Assembly (NCBI GenBank): GCA_951406725.2
Contig: OX597817.1
Span: 92,008,001-92,072,000 of the forward strand
DNA length: 64,000 nucleotides
From: Octopus vulgaris
Lineage: Eukaryota
Direction: 5' to 3'
The notes below the pieces were generated by a model. That model had not been told where the DNA came from. It saw only the letters and a list, made by a program, of their open reading frames with translations, and ran no database searches. The position numbers were made by a program, and so were the translations under genes. Shown here piece by piece: positions 41,150-53,101 of the stretch (its first letter is position 1; every line of letters begins with the position of its first letter).

Positions 41150-42100
41150 CAGTGGAGTTAGCTAGAAGTAGTAGATAGCTTCCGTCATCTACATGACCAA
41201 GTTGGCAGTGGAGGTGGATGCCCTGAGAGGGAAGCTGTGAGAATAAGATTAGGCTGGGCAAAGTTCAGAAAGCTCCTACCTCTGCTGGCAACAAAGGGCC
41301 TCTCTCAGAGTGAAACACATTGTATGATGCCTGTGTGCAAACAGCTATGCTACATGGCAGTGAAACATGGGCTGTGACAGCTGAGGACATGTGTAGGCCT
41401 GAAAGAAATGAAGCCACTATGCTTTGCTGGATGTGCAATGTCTGTGCATGTTCAACAGAGTGTAAGCATCTTGAGAAAAAAGTTGGGTATAAGAGGCATC
41501 AGATGTGGTGTGCAAGAGAGACAACTGCATTAGTATGGTCATGTGATGCATATGGATGAGAACAGCTGTGTAAAGAAGTGCTAATCTCTAACTGGAGAGA
41601 ACCCGTGATAGAGGTAGACCCAGGAAGATATGAGATGAGGTGGTGAAGCATGATCTTTGAACTTTGGGCCTCTAAGGCAATGACTAGTGACCAAGACCTT
41701 TGGTGATATGCTGTACTTGAGAAAACCTGTCAAGTGAAATCGTAGTTATGGCTGATGCTGGTGTCATGTAACTGGCATGTAAAAAGCACCTTTCAAACAT
41801 TGTGCCTTATGAAAAGCTGCTTTCAAGCATTGGCCCTCACTGAGACTTGTGACATTATGTCATGCTTGAGAAGACCCGTCAAGCCAAGTAAAATTGTAGT
41901 CATGGAATATACTAGTGTCACACAAATGGCACCCACACCAGCGGAACATAAAAACACCCATTACACTCTTGGAGTGGTTGGCGATAGGAAGGGGATGCCA
42001 CATCAGACTGGAGTCTGGTGCAGCCTTTCAGGTTGCCATTCCTTGGTCAAACTGTCCAACCCATGCCAGCATAGACAATGGACGTTAAATGATGATGATA
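41150..42100 (+). mobile_element. 3' fragment of RTE-like LINE family A
   Basis: YDACVQTAMLHGSETWAVTAEDM; (GAT)n tail. Confidence 0.85.
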
Positions 42101-42500
42101 CGATGGGCTTCTTTCAGTTTCCATCTACCAAATCCACTAACAAGGCTTTGGTCAGCCCGAGGCTATAGTAAAAGACACTTGCCCAAGGTGTCACACAGTG
42201 AGACTGAACCCCGAACCATGTGGGTAGAAAGCAAGCTTCTTACCATACAGCCACAACTGTGCCTCTTCATCTTTTTTCTTTATTGCTCACTTATTAAACT
42301 GAATAATCCACTAAATGCAACATTATTACTAGCAGTAGCACCTGTCAATGGTTTCAGCTAAACCCTTTCCCCTCAAAACTGCTGATCAAATGCATAAATT
42401 AGAAATTATTATTGTTCTATCACCTGATTTTGCATTTAATCCTTCCAAAGTGAATGAAATTAGGTATCTGTGAAGTATTCAAGTCATTGTACTTAACTTA

Positions 42501-43884
42501 CTAGCAGATGTACCCAGCGTTGCTTGGGATTAAAACAGCATAGTTTGTGTGTGTATATATATATTATATTACATTCATGTTGAAACAGGTGATACAGGAA
42601 AGTGCAGCATTGACAACAAAACATTTGTGGAGTAAATGTTAAAGCTGTGCATAAATGACAATTTGAGATTAGTACACCAATTTGGACAGAATTATGATTT
42701 TTATAAGAATGGGATGGATCATATCTGAAAGCAGCTCCAGGTGTTGTGAAGAACAAATTTTGTACATTAGTCTGTTTCGGAGAGCTATTCTATCTGGCAT
42801 GCTAAATGTTGTTTTAATGATTCAGCATTAAGTGCTGCAGCATTGCCTTTGATGATCTTGGGAAAGTCTCATCTCCCTTCTCTCTTGAGACTCCATCTGA
42901 TGTACTGCAGCATGCCTTTGCTGATCTTGAGAAAGTCTCATGTCCCTTATCTCTTGAGAGACTCACCTTTGGTTTTCTGCACTCCTCCTTGTTTTATAGG
43001 TGTTTCTGGAGAGATTACATTTTTCCTATAGTGGCATAGTTTTTTTTCAATATTTTAAACAAAAAATTATGTACATAGAAAAAAATATTCATTAATTTCT
43101 ATTTTTGTAAGCAGTTGTATGAATGTAGTATGTGTTTATATTTTTGTATGCAGTGTAAAGTAACTAAATATAAACAAATTGTAAATACCTTGAAACCTTG
43201 CAACTGCTGTGATAACTATGAACTGTTAATGGGACGGTAGATGTGTATTTTTATATAACTTGAACCTTCCATGTAATTGTTTTTTTTTTCAAGAGTTTGT
43301 GTAGATGTGTGTGTGTTTGATAACATAGCAGGTGCGCAAACACAAACACACTCACAGACACATTCATATACAAAATGTGACAATATGCCCACATACGCTC
43401 TCACATACAGACACAGGCATATAGTAAGAGAGACACCTACAGACATATATTCACGCATAACAGTCATCACGTGTGTATGTGTGTGTAGATGTCTGTGTGT
43501 TTAATAGCGTACCTAACATGGAAACACACACACTCATACACTCAAAGATACATACACATTCATATATGTAACATCATCATCGTAGTTTGAAATATCCTGT
43601 ACTATCTCGTATGCATTGAACATGCAAACACATACAGAATACTGAGAAAATAAAAGTGAAGCAATATTACACAACGGTTTTAAAAAGTGTATTTTAATAG
43701 ATGGAGTACTTTTTTTCACAGTTGGTTTGTTGCATTATGCAGGAGCTCTAGGCAAAATATTATAGTGCATGACCATCTGTAGCACTTAAGTAATGTGTGT
43801 ATAAAGTTTGGTGAAAATCGGTTAAAAACTGTAGAAATGCATACATATTACACACACAGACATCCTTTGTTTTATATTTATAGA
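42501..43884 (-). mobile_element. Non-autonomous Helitron
   Basis: Minus strand A|TCTATAAATATAAAAC ... cccaagcaacgctgggtacatctgCTAG|T. Confidence 0.75.
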
Positions 43885-46106
43885 TAAACTATGACCTTGT
43901 GCCATTATTAGAAATTGTCATTATTATTATAACTATTAAGGTGGAGAGCTGACAGCATCATAAGCATGCTGGGCAAAATGCTTATTTGTCTATTGATGTA
44001 ATCGACTTACACCACCCTCGTAATTGCTGGCCTTGTGCCAAAATTTGAAATTATTATTATTATTATTATTATATATTGAGTAGAAAAGGTAGATTTGGTA
44101 ATTGTTTGTCGAAATATATTTTGTCATGTTCCTTCACATTCTGAGTTCAAATCCAGCTGGAGTCAATGGGCTTTTAATATTCTGGTGTCATCATTTTAAC
44201 TGAGAGCTGAATGAATTATATTTTCTTATATAGACACAAAGCCATGAATTTAATGGCAGGAGTTATGTTGAGCATTAGGGTCAATCTTATACAATGCTCT
44301 GGCAATTGGGCTGATCCACCTTCGTAATTAACAGGATTATAATGAAATAAATTACAAGAATAACTACTCAGACACATCATCTGCATGAAAAAAACAATAG
44401 TCAAGTTAATGTTAACATAATTAATGTTCAAAACGTCAAAAAAAAAATCTCATTAGAAATAATTATGTGTCAAAGAAAAGGCAACATTAACTTAATGACA
44501 CTATTTTCATTATTGTGGTAAGTATGGGAGACAACTAATGTTTTATTAGACTTCCTCTGTGAAGCAATTTACCTTCCCTGCCAGAGTCAAATGAGAAAGT
44601 AATTAAGTCTATATACAACACTGCATAAAAGTAACGCAAATATGAGTGGAAACATATTTTAAAAAACAAGTCAATAAAGTTAAAATATAATGAAACGTAT
44701 GCTTTGTTGAAAGGGGTCCAATAAGGTGAAAACATGTCCACAGTTCAATTCTATATTTAAGAGATGAGGAATTAATGTACATTATTTACATTTGATATAT
44801 TTGTCAACAACAAACAAGATGAGGACAAATATCTGTCAAATGTAAATAATTTTCACAGTTGCCTCCTATTTTTGCTGTGATATAATAGTAAATATTGCCT
44901 TTTCCTGACCATATAATAGTTTCTAATTAAGTATGTGATGCTGATTACATTAAATATGCCACATTAACTGAACTATTGAATTACAGTAATTTACTGTGGA
45001 AATAATCAAGATAATAGACATTATATTAAACCACAAATAATATTACTGCATAAAAAGTCACATAACATGTTCTCCAGTATATTAAAACAAATGGTCAATA
45101 TTATTATATATATATACAAAAAACAACACATTCTCTAGTATGAAAAACAGTAAATATTACTATAAACATAACATAATACATAGGTATATATTAAAACAAA
45201 AAATATAATATCACAATATTGTAAAATAATTTTACAAAATTCACAACTGTAAGGATTAGTTCAAATTTCAGCTATCTTTGCACAGTTGCAGACAATTTCA
45301 AACTTCAATTGTCTCATTCAAAATATTACATCACAACTAATTGGGAGTGATATGTTGATAGTACAGCACTGATAGTTACTTTATCACTTTACCACTAATG
45401 AAAGGCAAAACACTGATCTTGGTAGGATTTGAACTCACAAGATAGAGGGAGGAACAATTTATTGTAAAGCACTTAATGCAATACCTTTGGTTTTATTACA
45501 TACCTAACAATGTTATCCCTACATTTTAGCTTGTGAGGACCTAAAAGGATTGTGAGCCCTGCCCTCTCCTTCAGATCAAAAAAAAAAGTTTAGTAATCAA
45601 GATAAATAACATTGAACAATTTAACAGAATCTTCATCCAGTTATCACTTATAAACCTTCAATCTATAATTAACAAAGAATATGGACCTTGTGTTTCTGTC
45701 GCTTGACTTCAATAAATACAAAAATATATTTTAAACAGCTAAAAAAAAAATAAGGGTGGGTGGCATCTGTTTAATAGAAAGATATTATAGTATATTATAT
45801 TTAATAGAAAAATATTATATTATAGTTTCAGATCAATAAAAATATATTACAGGAAAGCCACAGTTCAGTAGGAAAATATTGCGGGATAACCTCAGTTTGT
45901 TAGAAAAAGATCAGGAAAATATTGGAAAGTAAACTCAGTTCAGTAAAAAAACATTTTTTGTAGAGTACCTTCAGTTTAGCTGAAAAATATTGGAAGACAG
46001 ATTTTGTTCATTAAAAAATGGTTGCAGATAACTTCAACAGCTCAACAGAAAAAGACAAACATCATGTATAACCTCAATACAGTAGAAAGTTGTGATGACG
46101 AGTCCA

Positions 46107-46457
46107 TTAAAGCTGAGGTATAATTCCATATAGTTTACACAGAAAGAAGGTTGCTATACTCTCCATAAGGCAAGACACTGAGACAGTACATAGTTTAGGG
46201 TGTTGGTGAAAGGTGAGATCATGAGTTTTCTCAGCATATACAATAAACAGTCCACATTGGCTAATGTTGTTATCACAGTTAACAGCATGATAAGGAACAG
46301 TCAAATTAAGCTCATCAAGTGTATGAAGTCTTGGTTCTCGAGACAATACATGACCACCTCCTTGCTTAACTAAATCCATCAGCTCTTCTTTGGTTGGTAC
46401 AGGTGAGTTGAAAGCTCCATGAAAGTAGAATTGACATCCATCAAATAATCGAGGCAG
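46107..46457 (-). CDS. BARD1: BARD1 last exon (second BRCT repeat)
   Basis: ctacag|LPRLFDGCQFYFHGAFNSPVPTKEELMDLVKQGGGHVLSREP...TVPYHA...*; resembles BARD1 'LPKLFDGCYFYLWG...GGGQILSRKP...TVAYHA'. Confidence 0.9.
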   Translation of the reverse strand: MPRLFDGCQFYFHGAFNSPVPTKEELMDLVKQGGGHVLSREPRLHTLDELNLTVPYHAVNCDNNISQCGLFIVYAEKTHDLTFHQHPKLCTVSVSCLMESIATFFLCKLYGIIPQL

Positions 46458-47546
46458 CTGTAGAAAGGAAAAAATAGGAATAAAAGGCTTGATAAAAACA
46501 TGTAAGTAGAAATAACAACAGCCATAGTCACACTAGTTTCTCATATTGGATCAAAATTCACTGAAGTAAGATGAGTATAGTTGAGTGAAACAACTATAAC
46601 TTTTACTGACACAGACCACCACAAGTTTCCTTGGAATGTGAATATTCAGTTGGAACATTGGTAACTTGGGTAATTTATACAAGTTGTAGTAATTTACTGC
46701 TTATAATCAGAGACTGGAAATTATAAGGGATTTTAAAATTATCAGTAGAGTATTGTCTGATCAGAATGTGACACATCACCCATCTCCAGTGTATTTCTGA
46801 ATAATTTCTTACTACATCCACAGGTGTTTTATCAGATATTTTGCAATATTATTGGTTAACTTGAGTTCAGGAGACACTCAGTTTGGATAATTAACAGTTG
46901 AATCTTTTTCTATGTTCTTTTATATACTTTCCATTCATGTGGACAGGGATGTGTAAATTGTTTCTATAACAATCTTGAATGATCTACTTCATTCATATAC
47001 CTAGCATTCCTGAATTAATCCAGAAATGGAGTGCTGGCAAAAACAAGTTTGTTGAACATGGTAATTTTGCAGACAGCATATGCAACACACAGATGATATG
47101 ATGAAAGCATCTCATTGAAATTACTTTCTAACATAGTCAAATCACTCTAGAATATTGGTGGTTCTGTACAATACAAAACAAAGGCAATACAAACTGACTT
47201 ATCAGAATCTATATATTTCTATTATCTATTCATTTTACTAAGACAGCATGGAGTGAGGCATAATGATTAGGGTGTTAGACTCACAACTGTAAGGTCATGG
47301 ATTTGATTCCTGGACCAAGCAGTATTCTTGAGGAAGGTACTTCATTTCACACTGCTTTAGTTTACTCAGTTTGAAAAATAAATACAAAAATAGTGTTGGT
47401 GCAACCCTCTTTTCCTCCAACAGTCACATGCTGGAGTTCCTGCTGGACCAAGGGTGGGAGAGCCAAAGCTATGTCTATGTTTGCTTGTAACTACACGGGC
47501 ACCTAAAACAATTAGTGAAAACATAGTGAAGGAAATATCAACTTAC

Positions 47547-47668
47547 TTGTTTTAATTTATTCATACGACCTTTAAATGGGGCAAAAGAAAATGGGTTGCT
47601 GGTAGAGCCTGCAACTTCAAAAGGTTCTTCAGATACTTGATAACCATATTCAACACAAGTACGTAACC
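47547..47668 (-). CDS. BARD1: BARD1 exon (end of BRCT1 and linker)
   Basis: gatag|GG...CAA|gtaagt; WLRTCVEYGYQVSEEPFEVAGS...APFKGRMNKLKQ. Confidence 0.88.
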
Positions 47669-49151
47669 CTATCATAATGATACATGAACAATAGTAAGAA
47701 AAAATTGGTGGACATATTGAAAAGAATAATTTATTAAACCTTCATTCAATGTTTCCAAAAAGAATTAAACCCCATGATTATTAACAAATATCATAAATAA
47801 ACATCTACAACATTTAACATAAAATAATAGTGATTTCTAACATTAGCAGTTCTTTGGTACAGAAACAGTTGATTAAATTGATCTCAGTATATGACCAGTA
47901 TATTATTTTATTGACCATGTCAGAGTTGACAACAGCAAGTTTTGAACTCAAAATGTAAAAGTACATACTTAAATACTTTCTCAACCACATGGTTTTGGGT
48001 TCAGTCTCATTAGCAGAGCTTTCCACTATAATCCCAGGTTTGGTAAACAGAAACTGAAAGCAGCTTGTCATATACATACATGTGTATGTGAGTGTGTGTA
48101 TGTGTCTCTTTGTATTGACATTGTGTCATAATCATAAATAAATGTCATTTGTTCTGAACATTCTGTGAAAACATGCTTGATCACAGGGAAATATTACCAT
48201 GCATAGAAACATGTGGGGGTTAGCAACAGGAAGGGTATCCAGCTGTAGAAAATCTATTTTCATAAACTCTGTCTGGCCCATGCAAGCATGGAAAAGTGGA
48301 CATTAAAATGACAATGATGATGATAATCATGTTTAACTCTCCTCACTACAAAGGTAATTTCTAATTAATTAAACATTTTTGTTCTCTACTTCATCATCAT
48401 TTAACATCTGTTTACCATGCTGACATGGGTTAAACAACTTGACAGGAACTGACAGGGGCCACACTAGGTTCCATGATCTGTTTTGGCTTGGTTTCTACAG
48501 CTGGATGCTCTTAATGCCATCCACTTTACAGAGCATACTGGGTGCTTTTTACATGGCACCATCACCAGTGTTTCTTATGTGACACCAACACCAGTGCTTT
48601 TATGTGGTACCAGCACAACACAATAATGTCTGAATATGCATTTCTTTCTTTTCTTTCTTTCACTTGTTTCAGTCATTTAACTGCAGCCATGCTGGAGCAC
48701 TGCCTTTAGTCAAGCAAACTGACCCCAGGACTTATTCTTTGTAAGCCTAGTACTTATTCTATTGGTCTCTTTAGCCGAACCACTAAGTTACAGGGACATA
48801 AACACACCACCATCGGTTGTCAAGCGATGTTGGGGGTGGGACAAACAGACACACAAACATATACACACACATATACATATATATACATATATACGACGGG
48901 CTTCTTTCAGTTTCTGTCTACGAAATGCACTCACAAGGCTTTGGTTGGCCCGAGGCTATAGTAGAAGACACTTGCCCAAGTCCCACATGCAGTGGGACAG
49001 AACCTGGAACCATGTGGTTATTAAGCAAGCTACTTACCACACAGCCACTCCTGCGCCTGCAAATATATCTATGTGTGCACATACGTTTATGTGCATGGAC
49101 AAGAATAAAAACATGAGTTACATAGAAATATTATAATTTCTCAAAACTTAC

Positions 49152-49253
49152 AGTCAAGGGTAACAATCCATTTTCCAGCAAGAACAGCTTTCAAATACTT
49201 CAGAGTTCGAGGACACAGGCCATCTTTGTTGACACCAATCACAACGTGAGTAA
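49152..49253 (-). CDS. BARD1: BARD1 exon (BRCT1); upstream exons not found in window
   Basis: ttatag|TT...T|gtaagt; VTHVVIGVNKDGLCPRTLKYLKAVLAGKWIVTLD. Confidence 0.9.
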
Positions 49254-50424
49254 CTATAAGAGAAATAATAAAAATACACTGTGCTACGTGCGTGTGTGTG
49301 TGTGTATTGTACAAACACAACTGATTCATTCAGATTATACAAATGGTTTCTTACATTTGTTAGGACACAAATTAGCATAATATAGGGGTATAAGGATATG
49401 TAAAGTGTACAAAGATAGGGAGGGGTGTCATTGGTAGAGTCCACTCTGTGCAGGCTAGGTCGCTGGTCTGAGAGCAAAAGTTTCCCTTCCTCTCACCAGT
49501 CTTGGAGTACCCTTCCTCTTCTGATGAATCATCATGAATATGGAAAGGGTATAGACCTAGATATAATGGATATGGAGAAGTAGTTGATTAGTTTGGCCAC
49601 TAACTCAGGTCATGCCAAGTACTTATTTTGCTGAAGATGAAGTAACAAATAAGTTCAACACAGTGGATTAACATGTAGAAGATAGAGGAATGAAAGAAAT
49701 TAACATTTAGTTTCGTACTCTATCCTTGTACTTACTTTCCCATAAATAACATCCACAAGACATTTTATTTCACATGAAATACACATAATTTAATAATAAA
49801 TCTCTATATTATAATTCTGAAATGCAAAAAGTTTGTTTGTCTGGTTTTGGCATTGGAATGGGTTAAAGGGCACTAGATCCCGTCAGATTGACTCCAAAAT
49901 TTACAGAGACATGTAAAATGAAGTGAGGATGTGAGTGGGCAAGCTAGAAATCCCCATCTTAAAAAGTGTGGTTACTAAGGCAAAAAACGCACACTTTGAC
50001 AAGTCTACTCTCATTCTCTTATCTGCCTGTCTTCCTCCATGTCTCTCTCTTTCCTCCCTTCCTTTCACTTTCTCTCTATAACGTCGTTTGACAACGGCTA
50101 CTTTCCCCGTTGACTTCACTCTTTCTACCACATCCTCTCTCTCTCTCTCTACGTCTGTCTGCATTCATAGAGAGAATTATGATCACCACCACCACACAAT
50201 CATGAAAACAAATATTATGAATCAGATATTTATTGGGTTAATTTATATGCATGTGTGTATGTTCTATATATAAATATGTATATATAATGTATATATACAA
50301 AGTGTATATATCTGTATTTATATATATAAGTATTCCCCAGACCCCAGTTGAACCGTCCAACCCATGTTAACATGGAAAGCGGACGTTAAATGATGATGAT
50401 GATATATATATATATATATATATA

Positions 50425-51233
50425 CTAGCAGTATTGCCTGGCTCGTGCGCCCATGCATTCTATGCACGCGCGAATTAAGCTAAACTTGGATGAAGTTCAA
50501 TCAAAATTCAATTATTTTGGTTTTAAAATCAAGCATTTGATGCCCTCTAGTTTTGCGCTTATGTGTTCCATTTCCTCAATAGGAAGTACAGAGAAGCGTT
50601 TCATAAATTTCTGTTGATCAAATAATTACATTGTTGAATTATTCTTTTAGATCAGTATTTCTCAACGGGGATTTCAGGGGAGAGTTTCAGGGAGTCGCTG
50701 GCAATGTATTGTGATGATCAAAAATCCAGCCTGCTAAAATTTGGTTAAAGTGATTCAAACTGCAGACTCAATGCAAAATGGTCACATTTAATTCAAAGCG
50801 TTAAAAATGTTATGAAAACAATTGGTATGTGTTCACAAAGTCCAAACGATTAATACGAAAAAACCCTCCAGGCTACATCCCGAAAATTCATTTCTTCACT
50901 GAATTTCTACAATGTTTACGGCGATTCGTTCTTATATCTTGATTTTTTATTTTTCATGCAATTTACGCATGCTTGCATGCGTGGTGAACACAGTTCACGT
51001 CAAACAGCTGACTGAGTAAAGTTCACTATTCAATGCATGGGATAAGGCCTAAACAAACACATTATCGATTTTTGCACTTGTGAGATGAATTTCGGAACAG
51101 AAATAGCGCAGTTCAATTTTCATTCGCCTAAACTTTAAGTGACCCATTTTTTGTGGTTCTACGATTTGTTGGCTAGGAGATGTGCCGGGAAGTTAAACAT
51201 ACAGACACACAAGTTGAGTTTTATATAGATAGA
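50425..51233 (-). mobile_element. Nested non-autonomous Helitron
   Basis: Minus strand TCTATCTATATAAAAC ... gccaggcaatactgCTAG; 3' end resembles that of the 9751-10136 element. Confidence 0.7.
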
Positions 51234-51317
51234 TATATATAATTTGTATGCATTTGTATATATAATGCGTACACATATATATAATGCGTATATATGTACT
51301 TATATATATTTAATGCG

Positions 51318-51353
<36 letters not shown>

Positions 51354-51528
51354 GCAAAATTTTTTATGTGAAGTCGTGTGTCACAGGAGTGTGACGAAAG
51401 AATTCTGACTGAAATAAGATTAAGATTAATGTAAAAAATAAATAACACTGAAGCAAAGTAACACCAAATATATAGTGCGTGTGTTTTTATTGGCTAGACT
51501 GGCAAAATGACCATTCCGAACTACAACA

Positions 51529-51583
<55 letters not shown>

Positions 51584-51964
51584 AACTGAGATAGGGGTTG
51601 TAAGTGCAACCCTCCATGGGATAACATATATCCAATATACTACTAGTGGAGCACCCAGCAAAGTTAATACATAAATGTTAAGAACTGCGATGCAATTAAT
51701 TCATTTACTGTATTATATGGGCAAAGGTAAAATGTTTTACCACAAATTAATAATACAAAATAAGAAAATGGAGAAACACATCTTAATCAATGATCAACTA
51801 CCAGATAATACCCAATCACATAATTTATTAAACCACCACATATGAACATTAAGGTCAAACATAATAATATAGAACAAAACAATATACATGAAAGAGTAAT
51901 ATGATACAATAAGTACAGTATGTATAAGTGAATATAAATAAATACAAATATAAATATAAATTAC

Positions 51965-52091
51965 ATCTTACAGCTGTTTCGGCCATGCAGATACGGGTGT
52001 CTCATTATGCTCATATTAGCCATGTGTGATAGGTCAATATGTAGCTGTAAATGAGACACTTACAAAAATATCCCAAGGCCTCTTCAGAGAT
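51965..52091 (-). ncRNA. Type-I hammerhead ribozyme motif (mirror copy)
   Basis: Reverse complement of the 52975-53101 motif with intact core. Confidence 0.75.
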
Positions 52092-52550
52092 TATGAAATA
52101 CAAACTAAATTAAATATGAATATCAGAGGAGGTACACCTATACAAGAGTGGGTACACACCCATAATATATAATATACACATACATATGAGTGCATATACC
52201 CATACTCCTATACATATATATATACATATACATAATAATATAAATCAATATACATACATATGTTCTACATTCAATGTTACAGTTGGTCAACATAATATTA
52301 TGATATTACAATATAGAAAATATACACATATTCATATTCAAATGCAGTGACTTTGTATATCTGCATTTGAATATGAATATGTGTATGTTTTCTATATTGT
52401 AATACCATAATATGTTGACCAACTGTAACATTGACTATAGAACATATGTATGTATATTGATTTATATTATTATGTATATGTATATATATATATATATATA
52501 TGTATAGGAGTATGGGTATATGCACTCATATGTATGTGTATATTATATAT

Positions 52551-52891
52551 GAAGGCGCGTGGCTCAGTGGTTAGAGCGTCAAGCTTACGATCATGAGGTT
52601 GTGAGCTCGTATCCCGGACCGGGCTGCGTGTTGTGTTCTTGAGCAAGACACTTTATTTCATGTTGCTCCAGTTCACTCAGCTGTAGAAATGAGTTGCGAC
52701 GTCACAGGTGCCAAGCTGTATTGGCCCTTGCCTTTCCCTTGGACAACATCGGTGACGTGGAGAGGGGAGGCCGGTATGCATGGGCGACTGCTGGTCTTCC
52801 ATGAAACAACCTTGCCCAGACTTGTGCCTCAGAGAGTAACTCTCTAGGTGCAAACCCATGGTCAGTGTCTGACCGAAGGGGGTCACTACAC
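52551..52891 (+). mobile_element. tRNA-derived SINE with 10-bp target-site duplication
   Basis: A box TGGCTCAGTGG, degenerate B box, CORE-like cttgagcaagacacttta; TSD TATTATATAT at 52541-52550 and 52892-52901; absent from the opposite palindrome arm. Confidence 0.88.
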
Positions 52892-52974
52892 TATTATATA
52901 TTATGGGTATGTACCCACTCTTGTATGGGTGTACCTCCTCTGATATTCATATTTAATTTAGTTTGTATTTCATA

Positions 52975-53101
52975 ATCTCTGAAGAGGCCTTGGGATATTT
53001 TTGTAAGTGTCTCATTTACAACTACATTTTGACCTATCACACATGGCTAATATGAGCATAATGAGACACCCATATCTGCATGGCCGAAACAGCTGTAAGA
53101 T
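52975..53101 (+). ncRNA. Type-I hammerhead ribozyme motif
   Basis: ATCT-CTGAAGA-GGCC...GGCC-GAAA-C AGCT GTA-AGAT; predicted cleavage after 53097. Confidence 0.75.

Noticed and set aside
42835-42965. ~69-bp tandem duplication
   Set aside because: Ordinary internal repeat of a Helitron.
52553-52625. Possible tRNA gene
   Set aside because: Degenerate B box and acceptor stem; continues into a SINE body with a TSD.
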